A stretch of DNA of 64,000 bases from an uncultured Maribacter sp. (GTDB taxonomy: Bacteria > Bacteroidota > Bacteroidia > Flavobacteriales > Flavobacteriaceae). Below the pieces are notes generated by a model. That model was not told where the DNA came from, did not search any database, and worked only from the letters and a program-made list of their open reading frames with translations. Below are positions 1-10,188 of the stretch, piece after piece. Positions within the stretch are counted from its first letter, which is position 1; each line of letters starts with the position of its first letter. A program made the translations under genes and the position numbers. The DNA lies in NCBI RefSeq assembly GCF_963977385.1, contig NZ_CAXBOU010000008.1, positions 108,619 through 172,618 of the forward strand. The letters run 5' to 3'.

Positions 1-318
1 AAAAGGTTTGGTCAAGTAATCATCCGCACCAAGATCCATTCCTTTACGAACAGCTTTGTGCTCTGTAATCGCAGAAAGAAAAATAAAAGGTATGTGTTGT
101 GTACTTTCATTGCTTGATAGTGCTTCTAAAACACCATAGCCATCTACTTCGGGCATCATAATATCACAAACAATTAAATCGGGCAGCTTTTCTTTTGCGC
201 TTTCGATTCCAATTTTACCGTTGGCTGAGGTAAAAACTTGATAACCCGAAAGTTCTAAAAGTTCTGCTGTATTCTCCCTTAATATTCTATCGTCTTCTAT
301 TAATAAAATGGTTTTCAT
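1..318 (-). CDS. response regulator, CheY-like receiver domain (partial; 3' end runs off the window)
   Basis: Absent from the ORF track because it is truncated. Reverse-strand translation from the ATG at 318-316 reads MKTILLIEDDRILRENTAELLELSGYQVF...LPDLIVCDIMMPEVDGYGVLEAL...DDYLTKPF, showing the receiver acidic pocket, phospho-acceptor D and K-P. The ATG overlaps the TAA of the upstream kinase ORF (TAATG). Confidence 0.85.
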   Translation of the reverse strand, partial: MKTILLIEDDRILRENTAELLELSGYQVFTSANGKIGIESAKEKLPDLIVCDIMMPEVDGYGVLEALSSNESTQHIPFIFLSAITEHKAVRKGMDLGADDYLTKPF

Positions 319-1469
319 TAGGTGGTAATTTTGATATTTTTAGGGATATGAATTGTAAAAGTTGAACCGATATTCTCTTGGCTATTAAATGTGAGTGTCG
401 CTCCTAAATTCTTAAGATGCTGCTTAGATATATTAAGTCCAATACCAGTACCTTGATTCAATAAAGCATTTTCAGCCCTAAAATAGCGATCAAATATATA
501 TTTCTGTTGTTCTTCAGGTATACCTATACCCTGATCGATAACTTCTAAGACAAAAAAATCGTTTTCAATGGTAAATAGAATTTTAATTGTTGAATCTTCG
601 GGTGAATATTTAACGGCATTCTGTAGCAGGTTAGAAAGAGCCAAGATCAATGTTTTTTCATCAAATGTAAGAACCACCTCATCTACATTGTCGGGATAAC
701 GAATATTTTGCCCTGTTTTTAATAGCATATTTGCATCATACACAACTTCATTAATTAATCTGCTTAATGGAAATTCTGCAATACAATAATTGACCTTACC
801 CGATTCTAAACGTTCTATAGAAAGAAAATCGTTTAGTATTGCATCTAGCTGTTTTACCTTAGATTTTATGGTATCTACGTGCTTATCACGTTTTTCTTGC
901 TGTTCGGTTTCTTTATATTTTGAAAGTAAGGTTACTGAGGTAAGAATGCTACTTAGCGGGGTTTTAAATTCATGAGAAACTAAAGACAGAAATCGGGTTT
1001 TTAGTTCATTAAGTTCTTTTTCCTTTTCTAGAGCTTCGGTTAATTGTTTTGTTCGTTCTTGAACAGTTTGTTCGAGATTTCGAGTGTAGTTTTTACGATT
1101 TGTTATGTCAGTAACAAGTGCCATTACATAAGAGTTCCCATATAGATTAAAAGGGTTAAGTCCCGCTTCTACAGGAAATTCCTCACCATTCTTTCTAAGA
1201 CCACTAAGATCACGACCATGGCCCATTTTTCTTTTTTCACTCTTTTCCATAAAATGAGAAAAATGTTCTCCGTGATTATGGTGATATCTCTTCGGTATTA
1301 TAGACTCTAAGGGTTTCCCTATAAGTTCTTCTTTATCATAACCAAACATTTCCTCTGCAGATGAATTTGTTGCTACAATTTCTTGTTTTGTATTGACTAA
1401 AATAATTCCCTCAGAAATTCCTTCCGACAAGAGATTGAAAATATTACTATTTTTTTCAAACACGTTCAT
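318..1469 (-). CDS. PAS-domain sensor histidine kinase
   Basis: 383-aa ORF. N-terminal PAS-like segment (ILVNTKQEIVATNSSAEEMFGYDKEELIGKPLESIIP), H-box SHEFKTPL, and N/G boxes (LLQNAVKYS, DQGIGIP, GTGIGL). Translationally coupled to the receiver gene at 1..318. Confidence 0.9.
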   Translation of the reverse strand: MNVFEKNSNIFNLLSEGISEGIILVNTKQEIVATNSSAEEMFGYDKEELIGKPLESIIPKRYHHNHGEHFSHFMEKSEKRKMGHGRDLSGLRKNGEEFPVEAGLNPFNLYGNSYVMALVTDITNRKNYTRNLEQTVQERTKQLTEALEKEKELNELKTRFLSLVSHEFKTPLSSILTSVTLLSKYKETEQQEKRDKHVDTIKSKVKQLDAILNDFLSIERLESGKVNYCIAEFPLSRLINEVVYDANMLLKTGQNIRYPDNVDEVVLTFDEKTLILALSNLLQNAVKYSPEDSTIKILFTIENDFFVLEVIDQGIGIPEEQQKYIFDRYFRAENALLNQGTGIGLNISKQHLKNLGATLTFNSQENIGSTFTIHIPKNIKITT

Positions 1470-1557
1470 TTTTAAATATAATCTTTAACTGATTATTATC
1501 ATAGTAAAGTGCGTTTTATAATAGTATTTTTCTAACATTAATAATAAATATTAAGAT

Positions 1558-1959
1558 ATGTTGAACTCACAGAAATTTGGTATAGAACTTTATGAGAATT
1601 TAGGAAAATTATTTTATGCTATGGCAAGTGTAGATGGTTCGGTACACACGAAAGAAGTAGATCATCTGCGGTCTTACCTACGTAGCTATTGGTTAGATAT
1701 AGATGTTATCGAAGATGAGTATGGTACAGATGCAGCATTTAGAATAGAGACTACATTCGATAGGTGTTTAGAGTACGAAGAAAAAGCTAATGATTGTTTT
1801 AATTATTTTAAGGATTTCTATTTAGAACACGTGAAGTTGTTTACGCCCGATGTAAAGAGATTGACGATAGATACAGCAAACGCAATGGCAAATGCCTATG
1901 CAGGTAAAAACAAATCCGAATTGATACTTCTATCAAAAATTGAAATTCTATTTAGATAA
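1558..1959 (+). CDS. hypothetical protein, possibly TerB-like
   Basis: 133-aa ORF. The segment LGKLFYAMASVDGSVHTKEVDHLRSYL resembles the TerB/co-chaperone DjlA-N helical repeat. Similarity is weak. Confidence 0.45.
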   Translation: MLNSQKFGIELYENLGKLFYAMASVDGSVHTKEVDHLRSYLRSYWLDIDVIEDEYGTDAAFRIETTFDRCLEYEEKANDCFNYFKDFYLEHVKLFTPDVKRLTIDTANAMANAYAGKNKSELILLSKIEILFR

Positions 1960-2082
1960 GTTTTAGAACGTTTAATCATTCGATTAAGAAGACTGATAAT
2001 GGTTATAGTAAAAGTATAATGAACAGAATTCATTGGTAGAATAATCTTGATTGTTCTTTTAACAAATTAAAAATTAATACCC

Positions 2083-2844
2083 ATGGGAAGATTAAAAGAT
2101 AAAGTTGCGGTAATTACCGGAGGTACCGGAGGTATAGGCTTAGCTACGGCAAACCTATTTTTAGAACAAGGAGCTAAGGTTGTTCTAGTTGATAATAATA
2201 AAGAAGCTATTGAAGAATCGCGTGCTAAACTAAATCACAAAAATGTTTCATATTTTCAAGCTGATGTTTCTAAAAAAGAGGATACAATCAAGTTTTTGAA
2301 CCATTCGTTAAAAACCTTTGGTAAAATAGATATATTCTTCGCTAATGCAGGTATTGAAGGAGTTTCTAGTCCCATTGAGGCATACCCAGAAGACATTTTT
2401 GACAAGGTTGTATCTGTAAATCTTAAAGGGGTATGGTTAGGTTGTCAATACATAATCCCAAAGATGGAAGAGGGTGGTAGTGTCATCATTACATCTTCTG
2501 TTGCAGGATTAAAAGGATTTGTTGGTTTGGGCGCCTACGTTGCTACTAAACACGCAGTAGTTGGAGTTATGAAAGTTGCTGCGGCCGAAAATGCCTCACG
2601 TAAAATTCGTGTAAATACAATACACCCTGGCCCAGTAGATAATGATATGATGCGTAGAATAGAAAGCGATATGTCTCCTGACAGTCCAGATGCTGTTAAA
2701 GATGGTTTTACAGCAACGGTACCTTTTGGGCGTTATGCAACCTCAAAAGAGATTGGTGAAATCGCATTGTTTTTAGCTTCTGATGAAAGTAAATATATAA
2801 CTGGGTGTACACACCTTATTGATGGTGGTATGCTGAATGCTTAG
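2083..2844 (+). CDS. SDR family oxidoreductase (short-chain dehydrogenase/reductase)
   Basis: 253 aa. Has the TGGTGGIG cofactor motif, NAG, and the catalytic S...YVATK (YxxxK) motif. Confidence 0.9.
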   Translation: MGRLKDKVAVITGGTGGIGLATANLFLEQGAKVVLVDNNKEAIEESRAKLNHKNVSYFQADVSKKEDTIKFLNHSLKTFGKIDIFFANAGIEGVSSPIEAYPEDIFDKVVSVNLKGVWLGCQYIIPKMEEGGSVIITSSVAGLKGFVGLGAYVATKHAVVGVMKVAAAENASRKIRVNTIHPGPVDNDMMRRIESDMSPDSPDAVKDGFTATVPFGRYATSKEIGEIALFLASDESKYITGCTHLIDGGMLNA

Positions 2845-2956
2845 GCGGTAATCTACCAAAAAGCAATCAGTTTAAAACTTGAATATATGAATGGTAGCAT
2901 TGATATATTCAAGTTTTATGTATGAAAGCAGTACCTTACAAATAAAAATAGCATTC

Positions 2957-3610
2957 ATGATCATCCATAATTTAGGAGAAGAAAATTCAGTTCTCAATCA
3001 ATTTATTTCGGAAATACGTGATTCACATATTCAAAGAGACGCCATGCGTTTTCGACGTAATATAGAACGAATAGGGGAAGTACTTGGGTATGAGTTCAGT
3101 AAAGAATTGGTTTATAGTCCGAAAATTATAGATTCACCATTGGGTCTTAAGGAAATGAATTTAAATCATGATCAGTTAGTGCTATGTTCCATATTAAGGG
3201 CTGGTTTACCGCTTCATCAAGGACTATTAAATTATTTTGATACTGCAGAGAACGGTTTTATTTCTGCTTTTCGAAAGCATGAAGGCAATGAAGATACTTT
3301 TGAGGTAATTGTAAAATATTTCGCAGCACCATCTTTAGAAGGTAAAATCTTAGTACTGACAGATCCAATGTTGGCTACAGGTAGAACGTTAGAAAATGTT
3401 CTTTTGGCCTTGAAGGAACATGGTACTCCTTCAGCCATTCATATTATCTCAGTAATTGGGTCTCAACAGGGTATCGAGTATATAGAGAATATCTTTCCAG
3501 AGAACACCCATTTATGGATAGCTGCTATAGATCCAGAGTTAAATTCTCGGGGTTATATAGTACCAGGTATTGGTGACGCAGGTGATTTGGCTTATGGTGA
3601 AAAGCTTTAA
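2957..3610 (+). CDS. upp: uracil phosphoribosyltransferase
   Basis: ORF 2891..3610. I prefer the internal ATG at 2957 (MIIHNLG...), which gives about 217 aa, typical for Upp. PRPP-binding loop VLTDPMLATGRT and C-terminal YIVPGIGDAGD motif are present. Confidence 0.85.
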   Translation: MIIHNLGEENSVLNQFISEIRDSHIQRDAMRFRRNIERIGEVLGYEFSKELVYSPKIIDSPLGLKEMNLNHDQLVLCSILRAGLPLHQGLLNYFDTAENGFISAFRKHEGNEDTFEVIVKYFAAPSLEGKILVLTDPMLATGRTLENVLLALKEHGTPSAIHIISVIGSQQGIEYIENIFPENTHLWIAAIDPELNSRGYIVPGIGDAGDLAYGEKL

Positions 3611-6118
3611 TTAATCTTTGTTTTTACTACGTTTTCTCCACTTTACCAATTCAAACCACAGCACTGAAACAGCACCGACTAAAAACGAAGTTCCTAGCTG
3701 AGTAAACGATAAACTTTTAAATTCAAAAAACCTAGTTAAGGCAGGCGCATAAAGTAATAGTAGCGAAAGTGTTACGGTAATGCCTATAATTAAAGGAATC
3801 AAAGAGTTCTTGTATTTCAAAGTCGTGAAAATGGAATAATAAAAAGAACGATTGACCAAGGTTAAAAAGATATTAGCAAATATTAAAACCATAAATACCA
3901 TGGCTCTTGTAGTATTTTCTGCAAACCCCGTTGCAACTGTATACTGGTATACTGATAGTGCACCAAGAGTTATAATTAAACCCTGTATAACACTAGTTGT
4001 TAGCTCTTTGTAGTTGAAAAAGGTAGTTGAAAAAGGTCTAGGTTTTTTGAACATCATATTCTTTTCCATCGGTTCATTTTCGAAAATGATAGAACATGTT
4101 GGTCCCATAATCAATTCAAGTAAAATTACGTGTGAAGGCGAAAATATATTCGGATAAACCCAACGTAATGCTAGCGGTATAAATACCGTAAGAATTATAG
4201 GAATGTGAATAGAGATGATATACTGTATTGCTTTTTTTAAATTGGTATAGATTTTTCTACCCATAGCAATGGCATCGACCATTTTAGAAAGATCATCATC
4301 AACCAAAATTAATGAGGCAGCCTGTTTCGCTATTTCAGTGCCTTTTTTTCCCATAGCAATGCCAATATGAGAAGCTTTTAGGGCTGGCCCGTCATTGACA
4401 CCATCACCTGTCATGGCCACTACTTCGTTATTTTTCTTAAGCGCATTTACGATTCTCAATTTTGCATCAGGATACATTCTTGAAAACACATTGGTGTTTT
4501 TTACTTTCTCTTGTAATTCAGCATCTGTTAATTGCATCAATTCATCACCAGATATACATTTTTCATATCCTTTGAAGTTGATTTGCTTTGCGATAGCCAT
4601 AGCTGTATTGGCATTGTCTCCTGTAACCAGCTTTACTTGAATTCCGGCTGTTTCAAAATCTTGGAGTACTTGAGATATATTTTCTTTTGGCGGGTCGTAA
4701 AAGGCCACGATGCCTTTAAAATCAAATTTAAAGTCTTGCTGCTTCTCAGGATATTCGTTGCCAGTAAAGATAGCCTTGGCTACCGCTAATAATCGATAAC
4801 CTTCCTTTCCTAAATTTAAAATAGTTTCTTGCAGTATTTTTACTTCTGATGGTGTTAGATTAGATACTGCGATAATTGCTTCAGGGGCTCCTTTGGCAGC
4901 AACGATAAGGTTTCCTTTTTCATTTTGAAATAAATGAGTCATCATAGGTGGTTTACCACCTAATGGATATTCATGAACCATTTTGTATTTTGGTCGCTCA
5001 TCAAATGTGGAAAATTTCCCATATGCATTATGTAACGCAATCTCCATAGGGTCGAATGGTATCGGTTCGCTCGCCCACATAGCCATAGTAATTAGGTTCT
5101 TTTCTTCCGTCTCAAGATTTTCATCAGCATTAACTATTTGTCCATTTTTTAAAGTGAATAGTTTTGCTAAGGCCATTTTATTCTGTGTAATGGTACCGGT
5201 TTTATCTGTACAGATGACAGTAGCACTACCTAATGTTTCTACCGTCTTCATTTGCTTAACCACAATACCCATTTTCATAAGTCGCCAAGCTCCTAATGCC
5301 ATAAAAGTGGTAAATGCAACAGGTATTTCCTCAGGTAGAATACTCATGGCTAGTGTCAGGGCTTTCAACAAACTATCGAGAACTATTCCTGAACGCAAGT
5401 AATTAATAGCCCAAACCAATAAAAAAATGACACCGCCCCAAATCGACATCAACTTTACAAAGTTTGAAATTTTTAATTCTAAGGGAGTTTTTTCCTCGTT
5501 AATATCTTCAAGGCTTTTTCCTATTTTACCAAGTTTGGTTAGATTTCCAATAGCCGTAATTTGCGCAATGGCCAAACCACTGGCTACTGTACTACCAGTA
5601 AAAATTGAATTATCTGAACTTTGAGAATCTTTATAAATCGATAGCGATTCTCCTGTTAGGATAGATTCATCTACCGAGAAGTCATTACTATGTACAATAA
5701 TACCATCAGCAGAGATAGTGCTACCTTCTTCTACCATAAGATAATCGCCAATAACCAATTCCTCACTATCAATCTCAACCACCTTACTATTACGTATTAC
5801 TTTACTTTTCGGGTGTGTAAGATTTTTAAGGTTTTCAAGTGCTTTTCTGCTTCTAGAGTCTTGGTACAGCGATATAGATCCAACAAGGATAATTGCAGAA
5901 GCTAAAAATATACCATCTCCCCAGTTACCGGTTATGAAATATATAGAAGAGGCAACTAGTAATAATAATACCATGGGCTCTTTAGCGATACTCTTAAGGG
6001 CATCTAAAAAGCTGTTTTCTTTTTTATAGTTAAAGGTATTTGTGCCATGTTTTTCTCGTGAGGTTCTAACTTCTTTATCGGTGAGGCCAGAAATTCCGAA
6101 ATCTTTAGGACTATTCAT
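3611..6118 (-). CDS. cation-translocating P-type ATPase (P2-type, Ca2+/Mg2+-like)
   Basis: 835 aa. Has TGES, the phosphorylation motif DKTGTITQN, TGDN and the hinge GDGVNDGPALK, with about 10 predicted TM helices. Confidence 0.9.
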   Translation of the reverse strand: MNSPKDFGISGLTDKEVRTSREKHGTNTFNYKKENSFLDALKSIAKEPMVLLLLVASSIYFITGNWGDGIFLASAIILVGSISLYQDSRSRKALENLKNLTHPKSKVIRNSKVVEIDSEELVIGDYLMVEEGSTISADGIIVHSNDFSVDESILTGESLSIYKDSQSSDNSIFTGSTVASGLAIAQITAIGNLTKLGKIGKSLEDINEEKTPLELKISNFVKLMSIWGGVIFLLVWAINYLRSGIVLDSLLKALTLAMSILPEEIPVAFTTFMALGAWRLMKMGIVVKQMKTVETLGSATVICTDKTGTITQNKMALAKLFTLKNGQIVNADENLETEEKNLITMAMWASEPIPFDPMEIALHNAYGKFSTFDERPKYKMVHEYPLGGKPPMMTHLFQNEKGNLIVAAKGAPEAIIAVSNLTPSEVKILQETILNLGKEGYRLLAVAKAIFTGNEYPEKQQDFKFDFKGIVAFYDPPKENISQVLQDFETAGIQVKLVTGDNANTAMAIAKQINFKGYEKCISGDELMQLTDAELQEKVKNTNVFSRMYPDAKLRIVNALKKNNEVVAMTGDGVNDGPALKASHIGIAMGKKGTEIAKQAASLILVDDDLSKMVDAIAMGRKIYTNLKKAIQYIISIHIPIILTVFIPLALRWVYPNIFSPSHVILLELIMGPTCSIIFENEPMEKNMMFKKPRPFSTTFFNYKELTTSVIQGLIITLGALSVYQYTVATGFAENTTRAMVFMVLIFANIFLTLVNRSFYYSIFTTLKYKNSLIPLIIGITVTLSLLLLYAPALTRFFEFKSLSFTQLGTSFLVGAVSVLWFELVKWRKRSKNKD

Positions 6119-6274
6119 AAGCTATAATTATATATAATAGATATAGGTTAGAGGTAATTAGAAGTAATCGGCAAATTATTCCAAAACCTTATTGAATATA
6201 CTGATATTTATCATATCGTTTTTACAAATAAGGTTGCACTTTTAGCATAATAAAAATCTTTTAATTTTAATATT

Positions 6275-7033
6275 ATGGAATCAGAAGTAAATGATGTACG
6301 AATAATAATGAAAGAAACATATGCTAGGTTGGTCACATTTAAAAGTGAGAACAATCAAGAGTCGTTTAATAAAGAATTTTTAAAAATTCTTCCAAAAATA
6401 TATAGGTATGTAGCTAAACGATTAAATAGCGCAGTGTCCAATGGAAAATTGAATAAAGGCATGTTTAATCCGAATGATTTTACGGATCAATTATTTATTG
6501 AAGTCTATGATAATATAGCAGAAATAAAAGATGAAAATGAACTACATGCTTTTCTCTTTAAAAAAGTAGATCAGTTACTGGAAGACAGTTTGGTAGAAGA
6601 GGAGTTTGATCAGGTGTTCTTTGATAATATAGACACCTATTCTAAACCTGAGTGGGATGCTATGGAAGAGAAATATGGCAGAGATGGTGATGGGGATTTT
6701 GTAATGTTAGAAGAAATGGATGATAAATCCTTAAATAAGGATAACTATATACTTGACCATGTTTTTATTACGAATGAAGAAAAAGAACTTGCAGACAAAT
6801 TAGATGCTTCATTGAATAAAGAGCGAATTGAACGCCATATGCAGTTTGTACTTGATAAGATGGACTTGCCTATGAGAACTGTTTTTGAGCTCTTTGCTAA
6901 TGAAGGTTTTACGGCCAAAGAGATTTCGAATATCCGTGATACTACTCTTGCTGAGGTTGAAAAAGTTTTAGTTACTGCACGAAAAATCTTAAGAAACAGT
7001 TTTGAAAAAAGATTCTTAATAGGAACTAATTAA
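6275..7033 (+). CDS. atypical sigma-70-family-like protein (region 4 HTH) with acidic central insert
   Basis: 252 aa. The C-terminal MRTVFELFANEGFTAKEISNIRDTTLAEVEKVLVTARKILRNSF looks like a sigma region 4.2 HTH. The N-terminal part is only vaguely region-2-like. The centre is D/E-rich. Confidence 0.4.
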   Translation: MESEVNDVRIIMKETYARLVTFKSENNQESFNKEFLKILPKIYRYVAKRLNSAVSNGKLNKGMFNPNDFTDQLFIEVYDNIAEIKDENELHAFLFKKVDQLLEDSLVEEEFDQVFFDNIDTYSKPEWDAMEEKYGRDGDGDFVMLEEMDDKSLNKDNYILDHVFITNEEKELADKLDASLNKERIERHMQFVLDKMDLPMRTVFELFANEGFTAKEISNIRDTTLAEVEKVLVTARKILRNSFEKRFLIGTN

Positions 7034-7039
7034 GGTATA

Positions 7040-7080
7040 AAAGAAATGCTCTCATTGAAAAATGAGAGCATTTCTTTTTA
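7040..7080. terminator. bidirectional rho-independent terminator
   Basis: Perfect 17-bp stem (aaagaaatgctctcatt / aatgagagcatttcttt) with GAAA loop. T-tracts flank it on both strands. It lies between convergent genes 6275..7033 and 7121..7582. Confidence 0.9.
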
Positions 7081-7120
7081 ATAATTGAGTGTTTGTTTTA
7101 TTCATTTAAAAGTGTAAAAC

Positions 7121-7582
7121 CTAGTTATCGGTATTTCTAAGTTTTCCGGTTAATTCTGTTATGTTAATGCGAAATACTATGGGCGTATCTTCAGTGTCTA
7201 TTTTTGCGGAAAACTCACTAATACATTTCGGATGTTCTCCGTAATTATCTAAAATTACTTTTTTAACTCCGACAGAAAATTGATGAAGCATATGTTTAGC
7301 ATCGATTCTTGATAGTTCTTCATAGGTGCCTTGTGTCAATATAGATTTCCAATTTCCGATTGAGGTTATATCATCGACTGCCAAACAAATAGAAGGGTTT
7401 TTTCGCATTTCTCTTACTTTATGACCTTCAGATGAATAACTTATTATTGTCTTAGTTTCTGCATCATAGAAGTACGTTATAGGTACAATATGTGGAAACC
7501 CAGCTGAAACATAAGATAAGCGCCCTATATAGTTTTGTTTAAGTAAAGAGATACATTCTTTTTCATCTAAATTTCTTCTCAT
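7121..7582 (-). CDS. pyridoxamine 5'-phosphate oxidase family (FMN-binding split barrel) protein
   Basis: 153 aa. The N-terminus LLKQNYIGRLSYVSAGFPHIVPITYFYD is typical of the Pyridox_ox_2 / flavin-nucleotide-binding family. Confidence 0.7.
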   Translation of the reverse strand: MRRNLDEKECISLLKQNYIGRLSYVSAGFPHIVPITYFYDAETKTIISYSSEGHKVREMRKNPSICLAVDDITSIGNWKSILTQGTYEELSRIDAKHMLHQFSVGVKKVILDNYGEHPKCISEFSAKIDTEDTPIVFRINITELTGKLRNTDN

Positions 7583-7776
7583 AACAAGTCATAATTTAAT
7601 AATGTTTTAAAAGTAAACATCATTAAAAGGGCGGCAAATGATTTTGGTCAGTTGTATAGAAATCAGTAGTCTGATTCTTATATTTTTCAAATTAATGTTA
7701 TACTTTTTCAATGTAGTTGTATTTGTTTATTAGACATTTATTTCTCCTGTTTTATAAATGAAACCAAATGTCAACT

Positions 7777-7807
7777 ACGAATTCTAGTTGATACCCAACG
7801 AATACTA
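7777..7807 (+). promoter_or_regulatory. direct-repeat operator (ACGAATTCTA-N11-ACGAATACTA), candidate LytTR-type binding site
   Basis: Two 10-bp direct repeats with starts 21 bp apart (7777 and 7798). Exactly 31 nt later comes a -7 box TAGATTTG (7839..7846), then the ATG at 7877. The same module occurs at 10158..10188. Confidence 0.6.
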
Positions 7808-7876
7808 AAAGCCTCCATAATTCTTGATTGTTCACAGTTAGATTTGAATCAGAAATAATAATCTAAAACTACAATC

Positions 7877-10024
7877 ATGAAACTACTTTACACCTTTTTA
7901 CTGTGCTGCACCATTTTCACAGGTTTTTCTCAGGACGATAATAGCCCATACTTATTGGTATCCACAGAAGATGCCATAATCCCATTAAAATCTTCAAAGA
8001 CAGATGTTGAAATATCGGGTACTATTGCCCATGTTCGGGTTACACAAGTCTATCAGAATAAAGGAAATCAAGCTATCGAAGCTAAATATGTCTTTCCACT
8101 TTCTACACAAGCAGCAGTGCATAAAATGCAAATGACCATTGGAAACCGAATTGTGAATGCAAAAATATTTGAAAAACAAGAAGCTCAAAAAGTGTACGAG
8201 AAAGCAATAGATGAAGGTAAACGTGCTGCAAAATTAGAACAGAACAGACCTAATGTATTTCAAATGAATGTGGGTAATATTATGCCAGGCGATGAGATTT
8301 CAATTGCTATTTATTACACAGAATTATTAGTTCCTATAAATGGCGAATATCAATTTGTAGCACCAGCGGTAGTTGGACCACGATTTACGGGAGAAAGTGC
8401 TGAAAATGAGGAAAGCTTCAATATGCCATATACGGCTAAAGGAATTGCAGATAGTTTTGATTTTGATATGACGGTTACCCTAAATGCGGGTATGATTATT
8501 CAGAATATCAATAGTACTACTCATAAAGTAAAAGTCAATTACCCAAATGCAAAAACGGCTGAGGTCTTTTTATCCGAAGGAAATAAAAATCCATCGAACA
8601 GAGATTTTATTTTAAATTATAATCTACGTGGCAACCAAATACAATCAGGATTACTGCTATACGAAGGGGAAGATGAAAACTTCTTTACGTACCAAATGGA
8701 ACCAAACAAGAATGTTGTTTTAGAAGACATTCCGGCGCGTGAGTATTTATTTATTGTTGATGTATCGGGTTCTATGAACGGGTATCCATTAGAGGTGTCA
8801 AGAGAACTAATGCGTAATCTTTTGTGTGGTTTACGAATGACAGATACGTTCAATGTACAATTATTCGCTTCGAGCTCTACTATTTTTAGTCCGACTCCGG
8901 TAGAAATTAATGAACAGAATATTGAAGTAGCCATTCGGTTCTTATCCGAAGGTCAAGGCGGTGGTGGTACCGAATTACTAAGTGCATTAAATGAAGCATA
9001 CAAATTACCAAGGAAAGACATAAACGTTGCCCGTTCTATGGTAATTATAACTGACGGATATGTAAGCGTTGAAAAAGAAGCTTTCGAACTTATTAGTTCT
9101 AATCTAGATCAAGCAAATGTCTTCACTTTTGGTATTGGTTCTAGTGTAAATAGATATTTAATAGAGGGTATGGCTAAAGTATCAAATAGCGAATCTTTTA
9201 TTGCGACTACTTCTGAGGAAGCACAAGGAGTTGCAAAAGACTTTGCTAAATACATTGCCACACCATTACTTACACGAGTTAAAATTGAATCTAAAGGATT
9301 TGATATGTATGACCTAGCTCAAAAAAGTATACCAGATGTTTTTGCAGCAAGACCAGTAATAATTCACGGAAAATATAGAGGCAAGGCAGAAGGGAAGATT
9401 ATTGTCACTGGGTATCAAGGTAAGAAGCGATTTAGAGAAGTATACAATGTGTCTGATGGACAGTTAAGTAAATCGAACCAGGCATTACGCTACTTGTGGG
9501 CGAGAAAGAAAATAGGGGAGTTGGATGATTACAATAAACTGTTTAATGAAGATGTGAAAGCAGATGTTGTGGAATTAGGACTTAAGTACAACTTGGTTAC
9601 CAATTATACTTCGTTTGTTGCTGTAGATGAAGCAATAGTTAATGAAGATGGAACATTGACGAAAGTAAAACAACCGTTACCAATGCCAAATAATGTAAAT
9701 AATTCAGCAGTAGGGGCAGAAGCGGAAGTAAAAGAAAGAACAAAATTTAAAGCAACCTATACATTGATTTTTGATGCCGAATTGGATAAAAAAGATAAAA
9801 GACAAGTAACCATGGAGTTCAAAGTGATGTATTCAGAATTAGTAGCAAAGTACCTAGGTAAGTATGAAAGTCTACGCATAAAATTTAACGCCCAAGGTAA
9901 AGTAGTTGGTGTTGAAAAGCTGGAAAATGGAAAATGGGTTTCTGAGGAAAAGATAAGAGTAGACTTTGCTGAAATAGTTATGAAATCAATCCAGAAAGAA
10001 ATGACATTGACTTTGAAAAAATAG
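7877..10024 (+). CDS. secreted VIT domain + von Willebrand factor type A domain protein
   Basis: 715 aa with a signal peptide. The N-terminal VIT-like region contains VTQVYQN...IEAKYVFPL. The vWA MIDAS motif is DVSGSM and a later segment reads ITDGYV. Confidence 0.8.
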   Translation: MKLLYTFLLCCTIFTGFSQDDNSPYLLVSTEDAIIPLKSSKTDVEISGTIAHVRVTQVYQNKGNQAIEAKYVFPLSTQAAVHKMQMTIGNRIVNAKIFEKQEAQKVYEKAIDEGKRAAKLEQNRPNVFQMNVGNIMPGDEISIAIYYTELLVPINGEYQFVAPAVVGPRFTGESAENEESFNMPYTAKGIADSFDFDMTVTLNAGMIIQNINSTTHKVKVNYPNAKTAEVFLSEGNKNPSNRDFILNYNLRGNQIQSGLLLYEGEDENFFTYQMEPNKNVVLEDIPAREYLFIVDVSGSMNGYPLEVSRELMRNLLCGLRMTDTFNVQLFASSSTIFSPTPVEINEQNIEVAIRFLSEGQGGGGTELLSALNEAYKLPRKDINVARSMVIITDGYVSVEKEAFELISSNLDQANVFTFGIGSSVNRYLIEGMAKVSNSESFIATTSEEAQGVAKDFAKYIATPLLTRVKIESKGFDMYDLAQKSIPDVFAARPVIIHGKYRGKAEGKIIVTGYQGKKRFREVYNVSDGQLSKSNQALRYLWARKKIGELDDYNKLFNEDVKADVVELGLKYNLVTNYTSFVAVDEAIVNEDGTLTKVKQPLPMPNNVNNSAVGAEAEVKERTKFKATYTLIFDAELDKKDKRQVTMEFKVMYSELVAKYLGKYESLRIKFNAQGKVVGVEKLENGKWVSEEKIRVDFAEIVMKSIQKEMTLTLKK

Positions 10025-10068
10025 TGAGTTAGTTTTTTGGTTAGTTGGTTCTCTGTAGAGAGAAGAAG

Positions 10069-10105
10069 ACCTGTGGGAATGTAAATTCTTGCAGGTTTTT
10101 CTTTT
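10069..10105 (+). terminator. rho-independent terminator after the VIT/vWA gene
   Basis: Imperfect hairpin gacctgtgggaat-gtaa-attcttgcaggt followed by tttttctttt. Confidence 0.6.
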
Positions 10106-10157
10106 GCTAATTATTACTGAAGAGCACCCTTTTATAATAATAAATACGGAGCATTCA

Positions 10158-10188
10158 ACGAATTCTAGATGAAGGTCTACGAATACTA
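10158..10188 (+). promoter_or_regulatory. direct-repeat operator (ACGAATTCTA-N11-ACGAATACTA), second copy
   Basis: Repeats identical to 7777..7807, with starts at 10158 and 10179. Again 31 nt separate them from a -7-like box TAATTTAG (10220..10227). The ATG is at 10261. Confidence 0.6.

Noticed and set aside
2891-2956. N-terminal 22-codon extension of the upp ORF.
   Set aside because: The extension (MVALIYSSFMYESSTLQIKIAF) is not Upp-like. The internal ATG at 2957 gives the usual length of about 217 aa.
4395-5905. Five plus-strand ORFs (4395..4640, 4532..4789, 4983..5402, 5427..5624, 5690..5905) inside the P-type ATPase gene.
   Set aside because: They are antisense to a long, motif-rich CDS and have low-complexity, Ser/Phe/Ile-rich translations with no recognisable motifs. 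These are typical shadow ORFs of AT-rich DNA. The same reasoning applies to 790..975, 3232..3438, 7994..8188 and 8617..8934.
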